64,000 nt of DNA from Methanotrichaceae archaeon (GTDB taxonomy: Archaea > Halobacteriota > Methanosarcinia > Methanotrichales > Methanotrichaceae). Below are positions 1-8,674 of the stretch, one piece after another (positions within the stretch are counted from its first letter, which is position 1; every line of letters starts with the position of its first letter). The notes under the pieces were generated by a model, which worked only from the letters and a program-made list of their open reading frames with translations, was not told where the DNA came from and ran no database searches. Location of the stretch: NCBI GenBank assembly GCA_013178225.1, contig JABLXE010000015.1, positions 1 to 64,000 of the forward strand, read 5' to 3'. The position numbers and the translations under genes are program-made.

Positions 1-328
1 GGTTCGAGGTTGGCGAAAAACTAGCGATGTGCCCGTCGGTACGATTATCAAGAAAACGGGGCGCACGACGAACTTCACAACCGGTAGGGTCGTTGCCATC
101 AAAGCAACTGTTGATGTAGGATATAGCGGCGGAAAAACTGCAAGATTTAAGGATCAGTTCATTGCTACCGGCATGTCCGCAGGCGGAGACTCCGGATCGC
201 TGGTCACTACCCAGGATAACATAGCAGTTGGACTGTTATTCGCGGGCTCAGCTACGTCGACTATCATGAATCCGATCGAGGCGGTTCGGTCTATGTTAAA
301 CGTGGAGGTGGCTGAGCAAATTCTGTGA
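1..328 (+). CDS. C-terminal fragment of a trypsin-like (S1 family) serine protease; gene begins upstream of the window
   Basis: The frame is open from base 2. The translation ends with a GDSGS motif (catalytic-serine signature of chymotrypsin-fold proteases) and the stop is at 326-328. Confidence 0.4.
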   Translation, partial: VRGWRKTSDVPVGTIIKKTGRTTNFTTGRVVAIKATVDVGYSGGKTARFKDQFIATGMSAGGDSGSLVTTQDNIAVGLLFAGSATSTIMNPIEAVRSMLNVEVAEQIL

Positions 329-404
329 TTTAAAGTGTAAGGTGACAGACTCATGATTATCTGGCGGTCAGAAAATTCGGAGGCGGTGCAAGGCAACTTT
401 CGGC

Positions 405-1060
405 TTAACTCACATCGGTCGAAGCATCGCTTTGATAGCAGGAATGCAAAACTTCTTTTGCCAGGGCATCTAGCGCTTCTTTGGTTTGGGGGAAGCGGTC
501 CAATTTATTGGAGGTCTCTTCATCCTTGTATAAGGAGCGTTTTACTTCGATCATGATGGAGGAGACTCTCTCATCTATACTCAGGTACTTTAGGGGCACG
601 CAGGTTCCCCTGAAGGGTTTGTCGAGAACAACCGATATTCTATTGCTTCGCAGAAGTGCATAACGGAGGAAATTAGCTCTGTGGGAGTGTGAAAGGGATC
701 GGTGCCGATGCAAATGTGCGGCAGGTTCGTGGATTGGTCCAATTCGTATGGTAGCGGCTTGGATGGGAAAGAATGGCAATCTATGATCAGGCAGCGCCCA
801 AATCGTTCGAGCATTTTGTGTACTTTAAGTTCTTGAGGAGCGTGGTACGGCCTGAAATAGGTAGATAGAAGCGTCTCTCTTTCTTCTGCGGTTGGATCTT
901 TTCTGAGGACTTGTTGATATGCCGTTCTTGCATAAATGGCTCCCATTCCTCTCGAACTCATTATTTCATCTTCGTCATTTTTCGAATCGCTCGGTATCGA
1001 CTACCAGTCGGCTATGGTTGTTTATGAGGGAGAGGCATGGATGAAGAGCACCGCTTAAGG
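405..1060 (-). pseudogene. Decayed N-formylglutamate amidohydrolase (FGase)-family gene, split across at least two frames
   Basis: ORF 590..961 contains LIIDCHSFPS, matching the DxHS motif of the FGase family. ORF 405..779 in a different frame carries the C-terminal-like stretch IEVKRSLYKDEE. The putative N-terminal part sits in a third frame that contains a stop. Confidence 0.35.
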
Positions 1061-1341
1061 ACATTGTTTATGAATATCTCAGAGTGAAATCACCTGGCTA
1101 ATGCTAAGAATTTCTTGAAGCATAGCTTTAAATTGTCAAAAAAACGTCGTATTAATAATAACCGATATGCTTCGACACTGTACAGCACCACAAAATTTAT
1201 ATTCCTGAATCTCCTACTCCGTCACGTGCCGAAAATCGCTACGGCACAAGTGTCGTATAGAGTGCGAGGCTTTTTCCATGAGGCCTGGCTTGGGGCAGCG
1301 CTCCATCCTTCCGTGGAGTCGTTTGCTGAATAGGTGGTAAC

Positions 1342-2286
1342 ATGTTCGAAAGAACGAGATCGAAGAAGACGTTCGCCATGGCGATGCTGGCTGCATTTGC
1401 GCTATTTATGATTTGCGCGGCCGCTTCAGCTCAGGAAAATACCACTGATTATGCAAAGAAAAGCGCTGATTATTGGTATAAAAGGGGTATAGAAGAGGCA
1501 AATATGGGCTCTTATGAAAAAGCCCTGGACAACTTCGACCAAGCTCTTTCGCTCAATCCCGATGATCCTGCTGCCTGGAACTACAAGGCTCGCGCGCTGA
1601 GGTCACTGGCCATCGAAGAGAAGGATACGGCGAGATATTGCGAATCCATTCAGGCCTATGATCGCGTATTGGGGCTGTACGACCAGATCCTGCAGAAAAA
1701 GCCCCAGGACATCAATGCCAATTATTATAAAGGCCTGGCCTTGAGCGATAAAGCTACGACTCTGAAGGCGGGGGAGATGATGTTCAACATCAGCGGAAAT
1801 GAGGCCGAAGCCACTAGCAGTTTTGAAATGGCCATCGATTGCTTCGATCAAGCATTGAACATCAACCCGCAGTACATAACCGCCTGGACCGGAAAAGGAG
1901 ACGCCCTTTACAGTCTGGAAAGATATAACGAATCTCTGCAGGCCTACGACAGTGCGCTAAACGTTTTCCCGAGCGACGGCATCACCTGGTATCACAAGGG
2001 ACTGGCTTTGTACGAGCTGGAAAGATATCAAGAGGCCATCTCATCCTACGAAACCGCGCTGCAGACTTTTCCAAAGAGCGCTGAAATATGGCTGAACAAA
2101 GGCAAGGCTTTTCTCGCGAACGGCCAGTACAACGAGGCCCTGGAAAGCCTGGATTATTCCTTGAAGATCGATCCTGCTTCAGCCGTGGCCTGGTATTATA
2201 AAGGAAAGACCTTTGAGAAGCTGGGGCTCAATACCAGTGCGGAGGCTGCTTTCGATAAATCTCAGAGCATGAGCCGGAGCAGATAG
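1342..2286 (+). CDS. Secreted TPR-repeat protein
   Basis: There is an N-terminal signal peptide (MLAAFALFMICAAASA) followed by about seven 34-residue repeats with the TPR W/Y..G.A consensus (AWNYKARAL, AWTGKGDAL, AWYYKGKTF). Confidence 0.8.
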   Translation: MFERTRSKKTFAMAMLAAFALFMICAAASAQENTTDYAKKSADYWYKRGIEEANMGSYEKALDNFDQALSLNPDDPAAWNYKARALRSLAIEEKDTARYCESIQAYDRVLGLYDQILQKKPQDINANYYKGLALSDKATTLKAGEMMFNISGNEAEATSSFEMAIDCFDQALNINPQYITAWTGKGDALYSLERYNESLQAYDSALNVFPSDGITWYHKGLALYELERYQEAISSYETALQTFPKSAEIWLNKGKAFLANGQYNEALESLDYSLKIDPASAVAWYYKGKTFEKLGLNTSAEAAFDKSQSMSRSR

Positions 2287-2394
2287 CCAATTATTTTTCT
2301 CCTAGCGATCTATTTCTGATTTCCCTTCGTCACTTTCTTTTGCCCTCCCAAGGCTTTATGAGAAATCACGGCTAAGGTTAACTAACGAAGCAAC

Positions 2395-3054
2395 ATGTGG
2401 TCTGCAATCGCTCATACTATCGAAATAACTGAGGTCAGCACCGAAGACCTCAGAAAGAGAAGAGATCGGTTCCTGCAGGATTTGGCCTGCCTTTTCGAGG
2501 AGATAGAGAAGAGATTCGAGAATCTGCCGGAAGGGTACCGGGAAAAATGCGGCCGGAGCGGAATTGCGGCAGACATCTCCCTCAAAGTGGATATGGGAAA
2601 GCGAGAGATAATTCTAAATAGATTATATAAATATTGCGAAATGGACGTTCATCTATTCAGAAATCTCATCCGGATCCTCCAACAGAACTTTCCGGAATAC
2701 AGCCTCGTCGTCCCCTCGCTGGAGGGCTTTCAACTGGCCGAGGAGATAAGCAAACACCTGGCTGGTGCCTTCATAGAGTGTCTATACCTCAAAGGCGAAG
2801 ACGATGAGAGGCTGCTGATGGGGGACTGCCTGAAGGAGGTTCGCCTTGAGGACATTCTGGACGACACGCGCCAGCACTATGCGGAAACAGGCGGAATTGA
2901 GATGAAGGAGGCAACGACCAGATGTGGCGGAGAGATCTCCATGTTCCGTCGAGGAGAAGAGGGCGATGAAGAAATCCTGTGGATGCAGCTTCGAGCACCC
3001 ATTTGCCCCTTCACCGCGACCGCCGTGAAACCGAGCGATTCAAAGAAGATCTGA
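2395..3054 (+). CDS. Hypothetical protein (219 aa)
   Basis: Long ORF with coding-like composition. I recognise no motif. Confidence 0.35.
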   Translation: MWSAIAHTIEITEVSTEDLRKRRDRFLQDLACLFEEIEKRFENLPEGYREKCGRSGIAADISLKVDMGKREIILNRLYKYCEMDVHLFRNLIRILQQNFPEYSLVVPSLEGFQLAEEISKHLAGAFIECLYLKGEDDERLLMGDCLKEVRLEDILDDTRQHYAETGGIEMKEATTRCGGEISMFRRGEEGDEEILWMQLRAPICPFTATAVKPSDSKKI

Positions 3055-3617
3055 TGAGGCTGGATTCCAGGCGAAATGGGCTTTTAATAAATGGACATTG
3101 GATGATATGGACATTAGAAGACATGAGCTGTCCCGGATTTAACATGCCGGAATGGCAGATCCAGGCCAGATTGGGGTTCGAGGGCCGGCAAAATTAGATG
3201 CGACACCACCGGCCCCAGGGGATGAACGAAGGGATGTTGGAGCCTTAGAACGCTTAGGGGATGGCTCCAATACATCACTTGCATTTTTAACTACTTAAGT
3301 TTAATTAAATATGCTCGGCGACATTACGGCCAAGCGATATCACATTGACGAATAGTGATATTAATAGTGATAGGCAGCGCCAAGGAATGTGTCTTCTCAA
3401 TCATCAGAGTCGCCTTGACGGCAAGCATTTCTCAGGACGTTGTTCGCGGGAGATCAGATCCTTCACGCCCGGCTTAAAGAACCAAAGGCTGAGCCCAGGC
3501 AGCAGAGGCCAAGCGCCAAAGCCCGGGAGCAGTACGGTCATGATATGCCAGCGATAGTCCCCGGAATTCCGGAAAAACAAGGGATTGATATAGTTTGTCA
3601 TCCGATTCGATTCTTGC

Positions 3618-4280
3618 ATGAACCCGCTTCAGAGGATCAGCCGGCTGGAGCTGACCGATCTGCTGCTGTCCTTGATCGCTCTTACCATCGGTTTTGCCAT
3701 AATCGGAGAAAGCGGCATTCCCGGCTGGGAGGTGTTCCTCATATCGGCCTTCGGCGTGGGCACCGGCTTTCTGCTGCACGAGATGGCGCACAAGTTTGTA
3801 GCCCAGGAATACGGCTACTGGGCAGAGTACCGGGCTAACCGGCTGGGCTTGATAGTAATCATCGTCATGGCCCAGCTGGGCTTCATCCTGGCGGCTCCGG
3901 GAGCGGTCATGATCAGAAAAGATTCTCCGGAATTTGCGCAGGATAATTGGTCCGGCTACGATGAGAGCGGTGAATATATGGAGAAGAAGGCTTCTTCGGA
4001 GATGCTGAGGATCTCCATTGCCGGTCCCATGACCAACATAGTGCTGATGTGCGCGTTCTTCGTGCTGCTGTCAAGCGGCCTTTTGACCAGTTATCTGTCC
4101 ATTGCAGCGGTTCGATATGCGTTCTTCATCAATCTGATTTTAGCCGGGTTCAACCTGATTCCGTTCGGCCCTCTGGACGGGGCCAAGGTGTACCAGGCCA
4201 ACCGTTTGGTATGGGCGGTTGTGGCAGTGCCGACGTTGCTGCTGGCTCTGCCGGTGTTCTTCGGGATCAGCTTAATCTGA
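3618..4280 (+). CDS. M50 / site-2-protease-like membrane zinc metalloprotease
   Basis: An HEMAH (HExxH) zinc motif lies within a transmembrane helix, and a later NLIPFGPLDG (LDG) motif is typical of the S2P family. The protein is multi-pass hydrophobic. Confidence 0.7.
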   Translation: MNPLQRISRLELTDLLLSLIALTIGFAIIGESGIPGWEVFLISAFGVGTGFLLHEMAHKFVAQEYGYWAEYRANRLGLIVIIVMAQLGFILAAPGAVMIRKDSPEFAQDNWSGYDESGEYMEKKASSEMLRISIAGPMTNIVLMCAFFVLLSSGLLTSYLSIAAVRYAFFINLILAGFNLIPFGPLDGAKVYQANRLVWAVVAVPTLLLALPVFFGISLI

Positions 4281-4862
4281 GAGAATTGGGGCATAGCAGC
4301 CAGAGAACCCACATTTCGCATGTTAACTTCTTAAATCAAGTATTTTTCCTGTTATCGATTTATTAAGCTTAATTATAAATTAACTATTAAATTTCATTGA
4401 TATTAAGCTGATGGGCCAGATAGCTCTCATCACGACAAATTTTTATCTCCTTACACTGTATCATAAAATCAACTTAATGCCAAAAAAAGCAATTAGAAAA
4501 TTTTATTTAATTAAATTATTTGTATCCTATGTTACGAAATCGATAGCTGAAAAAATACTAAATCCTCCGGCGCAAAGTGCGAAATGTGGGAGAGAATATA
4601 TGTTCCGTCGGATATTATAATTGTGCCGCGTTTGACCAGCTAAAGTCGGTTGAAGTAAATATTTCCAATAAAAAATAATTTATAATATCTTCCTCGAAGG
4701 AGCTAAATTTAATTTTTTGATTTTTGCTCACTTTGATTCAGATGCTATACAGAGATGCCACCGCCACATTTCCGGCCGCACATGCGCTTTTTCTGACACG
4801 AATCGTCCTGCTCCACGCACCATTGTTCTGAAACTTTCTGCCCGGCACAACCCTTTGTGATA

Positions 4863-6224
4863 TTATTCGTCACATTCTGCGCTTTTTTTACGACGTCTGC
4901 CTTCATCCGAGATCACCTCTTCGAAAAATCCATACTTCATCTTCAAGCTCAGCATTTCCGGAAGCATATACCTAATTTGCTGGCATGTTTCCTGAGAATT
5001 ATCATACAATACGCTATACGGGCAACCTCCCATGCAAATAGGCATAAACTTGCAGCCCTTGCATTTCTCTCTTTCAAATGGATCATAAGAAAGCCACCTG
5101 ATATACGTGTCATTCTTTTCCTTCTGGAGGACGGATCCTATTCTCTCCTGTCTCCGACCCACGCTATTCCAGCATTTTGATATATCTCCATTGGCGTCTA
5201 TGACGAAGCTGTCCATGCAATCCGCTGTGCAGTAATTCCCGTAGAGCTTGGGATTTATAGTAATGTCGAATCCTTTCTCTGCTGCTGATTTTGATAGTTT
5301 CAAAAAAATTCCTGCAAAATCCTCTTTTCGCAGACAAAACTTCTCTATTTCATGGCATATTTCCGTAAAAGGTTCAACCTTCGTAACTGATACAGATATC
5401 TTATCCGTCAACCCTTTCTCGTCCAATACATCAAGAAAATCAGGAACCTTTTCCCAGTTTCGGCTATCGATATTCACGCGAAGAAATACACGCTGGAAAA
5501 GATCTACATTTTCTAAAATATTTTTCAAAATCCTATCGAAGGTGCCTTTTCCATTTCTCAATGTGCGCCTTGCATCATGAATTTCCCTGATGCCGTCTAT
5601 CGTGACCTGCCAATTATCGACAGCAAGCTGCTCTGTAAGGATCTTGGCGTTTCGCCTGCTCATCAAATAGCCATTAGATATGATATCTGCAGAGTACTTG
5701 ATGCCCATCGTCTCGCAGATTCTGATGAATTTGGTTGAAAGATAACTGATCTTGTTCATCGCAAGAAGCGGCTCTCCACCATACCAGGTAATCCCAAGAG
5801 AATTCTTATCTTTCAGGTGAACTAATGTGAAATCATAAACCGCATCCATGATCCGCTGTGTCATAGATGTCTTTGCCGATCCCTCAAAGCAATAATCGCA
5901 ATTGAAATTGCACATCAAGGTCGGAGTTATTGTTAGGGAGAGGCTATTCACGTAAAAACGCCCAAGGCGGTTACGCACCTTCAGTTCAGCTAATTCATCT
6001 TTTGATTCATCGACTATGATTCCATTTTGAAATAGCACATCAATAACCGCCTCTGAACATTCGGAATTCCGGCACCAATCCTTGCTGCAATCGTAAACAA
6101 AAGCGATCGTCTCCTGATCAACTTCTAAAAGCGAATCACGAAATGTGTTATAAATGTAATGTCGATTTTCATTTTCAAAAATTATATTATATTTAGAGGC
6201 TTTAAACGAGCCCGATTGCATCAT
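4863..6224 (-). CDS. Radical SAM / SPASM-domain enzyme with an ~100-aa N-terminal extension; candidate peptide (RiPP) maturase, alternatively an anaerobic sulfatase-maturase-like enzyme
   Basis: CNFNCDYC (CxxxCxxC) sits near residue 105, followed by a WYGGEPLL glycine-rich motif. The C-terminus has a Cys-rich SPASM-like segment (CKGCKFMPICMGGCPYS). A GGTGA ribosome-binding site lies just before the ATG. The gene is AT-rich compared with its flanks. Confidence 0.8.
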   Translation of the reverse strand: MMQSGSFKASKYNIIFENENRHYIYNTFRDSLLEVDQETIAFVYDCSKDWCRNSECSEAVIDVLFQNGIIVDESKDELAELKVRNRLGRFYVNSLSLTITPTLMCNFNCDYCFEGSAKTSMTQRIMDAVYDFTLVHLKDKNSLGITWYGGEPLLAMNKISYLSTKFIRICETMGIKYSADIISNGYLMSRRNAKILTEQLAVDNWQVTIDGIREIHDARRTLRNGKGTFDRILKNILENVDLFQRVFLRVNIDSRNWEKVPDFLDVLDEKGLTDKISVSVTKVEPFTEICHEIEKFCLRKEDFAGIFLKLSKSAAEKGFDITINPKLYGNYCTADCMDSFVIDANGDISKCWNSVGRRQERIGSVLQKEKNDTYIRWLSYDPFEREKCKGCKFMPICMGGCPYSVLYDNSQETCQQIRYMLPEMLSLKMKYGFFEEVISDEGRRRKKSAECDE

Positions 6225-6554
6225 GATTCACCTGCTATCGTAATCCTAATTTAATATCTTATTGACTCTATATTGCACATTAGTTTTTTAATTTATCTTC
6301 TTATTAAGTTTATCGGTAGCAAAATGATAACATATAAACAAATTAAAATATGACAGTCCCTTCTTTTAATAATTTTGTTTGCAACTAAAAGAATAGTAAT
6401 ATTTTGTATGTAATTATCCAAATATCTCTTGGTAACATCCAAGGAAAAGCCTGATGGCATTAATATGTAAGCGGTCGAGCGGTAATGAAAGCATTAGTCC
6501 GAGACAAAATACCATGGGATGCTATGGAATTCTTGCAAAATAAATTAGACGACC

Positions 6555-6962
6555 TTACTTCGTCCATACGTCCATGGTCATGTCGTGATAAAGCTCGATC
6601 CTCTGCGGCAGGAATTTCAGGACCACGTAGTCGGGGTTTTCCGGCTTCTGGAAATACTGCTCCAGCTCAGGATGCCAGTACTTCTTCTTTGTCTCCAGAT
6701 CCTCATGCACCTCTGCCTGAGCCTCGATTACCACATAGGGATCGTTGAACTCCCTGCCGGACCAGATTGATATCGCAGCCGCAGGGTTCTTCTTGAGCTG
6801 GGAGACCTTGCGGAAGCTCTTCATGGTAGCTCCGATAAGAGTCAGGTCGTCCATCCCGGCCAGCAGCATAAACCTCACCGCCGGCCTCCCATCCCCAATG
6901 GTGGCCACCGCTGCCACGTGTTCTCCGCCCATTACCTTGAGTATGTCGTCTTTAAGAGCCAT
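6555..6962 (-). CDS. Pyridoxamine 5'-phosphate oxidase-like FMN-binding protein
   Basis: The translation (135 aa; VAAVATIGDGRPAVRFM...YVVIEAQAEV) resembles the PNPOx split-barrel family. Confidence 0.55.
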   Translation of the reverse strand: MALKDDILKVMGGEHVAAVATIGDGRPAVRFMLLAGMDDLTLIGATMKSFRKVSQLKKNPAAAISIWSGREFNDPYVVIEAQAEVHEDLETKKKYWHPELEQYFQKPENPDYVVLKFLPQRIELYHDMTMDVWTK

Positions 6963-7090
6963 AGCTTCCCCTGTTTTATCCGCCTGTTTATAAAATTATG
7001 ATAATAGTAAGCCAGAATCTGCGCTCCTTATCTGGTCCGAGCCAGGGCCGGGTGATCGAATGCGAACGACTTTGAGCCGCCCCGCCCAAC

Positions 7091-7549
7091 TCAGCCCGGG
7101 CCCTGGCCGCCTGTCTGCTGCCCGGCTACATCGAAGCCCTCCCGGTTCCAGCGAAAAATCCCGCCGGAAAGATTGTAGACCTCGGAAAAGCCTAGATCGG
7201 CCATGATCACGAGCGCCCGGCCGGACCGGATTCCGGTTCGGCAGTAGACCAGATAGGCCCTCTTTTTGTCCAGGTTTGTGAGGGAGTCACGGAAGGAGGG
7301 CGACCTGAAATCCAGGTTTGCGGCCCCTTCCAGATGGCCTGACGAATATTCCTCAGGGGTTCTGACGTCCAGTATGGCCAGGGGGAGGGAATCATCAGGA
7401 TATCTTTTCCCAGCCTTGCGGCTGTCTTTTCGCCCGCAGATCTGCGCTGCAAATGCGGAGCCGTTTGGGACTACAAAGGAAGGGCAGAGGTCTACGCCTG
7501 CTGCCCCAAGTGCAAATCGAAGGTTAAGATAGATTCCGACGACGGTCCG
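7091..7549 (-). CDS. Single-domain rhodanese (sulfurtransferase); start codon unresolved
   Basis: Manual reverse-strand translation gives ...ILDVRTPEEYSSGHLEGAANL...YLVYCRTGIRSGRALVIMADLGFSEVYNLSGGIFRW...*. This contains the rhodanese active-site loop C-R-x-G-x-R. The stop is at 7091-7093. There is no ATG, GTG or TTG within the 150 in-frame codons upstream, so the ORF is missing from the supplied track. Confidence 0.65.
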   Translation of the reverse strand, partial: RTVVGIYLNLRFALGAAGVDLCPSFVVPNGSAFAAQICGRKDSRKAGKRYPDDSLPLAILDVRTPEEYSSGHLEGAANLDFRSPSFRDSLTNLDKKRAYLVYCRTGIRSGRALVIMADLGFSEVYNLSGGIFRWNREGFDVAGQQTGGQGPG

Positions 7550-7888
7550 CTAACCCTGGAGCGCTGGGCGGTCCACGTTCCAATTGAGATCGATCTTCCG
7601 GCGGATCTGCAGCAGGCCGCGGAGGAGTTCTTCAAAGGCAGACGCCCCGGACCCTACAGCCCGATCGCCCTGGCCTCGGTGATCAGGCACAACTACAGCA
7701 ACTACGACGACCTGATATTCCAGCTGGAAAACAAATGTATGCAAAAAAACAGCCATCCCAAAGAGGTCATGGCCGCCTCGCAAATTCTGCGGGAGAGGTT
7801 CGACCGCCAGATATGCAAGGCTCTGGGACGCTGCCGCTGCAGCCAGATGCAGGAAGATAGCGAGGAGATGAGAATATGTCCGGATTAA
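7442..7888 (+). CDS. Zinc-ribbon protein (hypothetical); the track lists only the 7679..7888 portion
   Basis: The open frame reads ...[26 protein letters not shown]... (CxC...CCxxC) followed by a coding-like domain. It overlaps the rhodanese ORF antisense for about 100 nt, and the only start before 7679 is non-canonical. Confidence 0.3.
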   Translation: MRCKCGAVWDYKGRAEVYACCPKCKSKVKIDSDDGPLTLERWAVHVPIEIDLPADLQQAAEEFFKGRRPGPYSPIALASVIRHNYSNYDDLIFQLENKCMQKNSHPKEVMAASQILRERFDRQICKALGRCRCSQMQEDSEEMRICPD

Positions 7889-8178
7889 AGCTCAGGCCGT
7901 TTCAGTTCACGGAAGCTGTAGGAGAAGATGTAGATCAGGCCTTCAAGAAGCTGGCCTCCGAGATCAATAAGGATGGCGCGCTTTCGGCCAAAGACAAATC
8001 CTTGATCGCCCTGGCCTGCGCCGTGGCTCTGAAGTGCGAATACTGCATAAAGGCCCATAAAGAAGCGGCTCTCCTGGCCGGAGCAAACCAGAAGGAGATG
8101 CTGGAAGCCGCCGCCGTAGCCGGTCTGGTTCGCATGGGCTCCGGGTTCACTTATGCGTCATACCTGCTGGATGAATAG
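7876..8178 (+). CDS. Carboxymuconolactone decarboxylase (AhpD-like) family protein
   Basis: The protein is 100 aa and carries a CEYCIKAH (CxxC...H) motif in an all-helical context typical of the CMD/AhpD family. Confidence 0.7.
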   Translation: MSGLKLRPFQFTEAVGEDVDQAFKKLASEINKDGALSAKDKSLIALACAVALKCEYCIKAHKEAALLAGANQKEMLEAAAVAGLVRMGSGFTYASYLLDE

Positions 8179-8184
8179 GGGCGA

Positions 8185-8571
8185 TTGAAATTGGCGAATA
8201 CCATAAAGTGCCAGAAATGCGGGACGGCGGTCCCTGAGGACGAGGTCATGATGACCGAAGGAAAGACGCTTTGCGAGGACTGCTACTTCGATATGGGACA
8301 CAAGATCCGGGTCTGCGATCCCTGGGGTGAGAGGTCCAAGAAGATCTTCCGGGAGAGCCACGGCCTCACGGGAACCGAGGGCCTGACCGATCTTCAAAAG
8401 GGGATCTACGAGCTGATCGAAAGCCAGGGGAAGGCCACCAGGCAGCAGCTGCAGGAGAATTTCTCTCTCTCGGCCACAGAGCTGGAAAACCAGATAGCGA
8501 TCTTGAGACACTGCCAGCTGATAAAGGGAAGACGGGAGGAAGACCAGGTCTACCTGGTCCTGTGGGAGTAA
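8185..8571 (+). CDS. Hypothetical zinc-ribbon plus winged-helix protein
   Basis: The N-terminus has CQKCG...CEDC (four Cys). The C-terminal part resembles a DNA-binding winged helix. Confidence 0.4.
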   Translation: MKLANTIKCQKCGTAVPEDEVMMTEGKTLCEDCYFDMGHKIRVCDPWGERSKKIFRESHGLTGTEGLTDLQKGIYELIESQGKATRQQLQENFSLSATELENQIAILRHCQLIKGRREEDQVYLVLWE

Positions 8572-8674
8572 AGACCCCCCTGCCTTCCTTTTGGTTTGGC
8601 GAAAGAGACCGAGACGAAATGTGACAGCCGAAACGAAGCCCCTAAACGGGCAATTGAGCTTTTACCATCAGTCT

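Noticed and set aside
4863-6224. Calling the rSAM/SPASM enzyme an anaerobic sulfatase-maturating enzyme (anSME) outright
   Set aside because: The CxxxCxxC motif lies about 100 residues from the N-terminus, whereas in anSMEs it lies within the first ~30 residues. The N-terminal extension is more consistent with a peptide-recognition domain. It is kept as an alternative hypothesis only.
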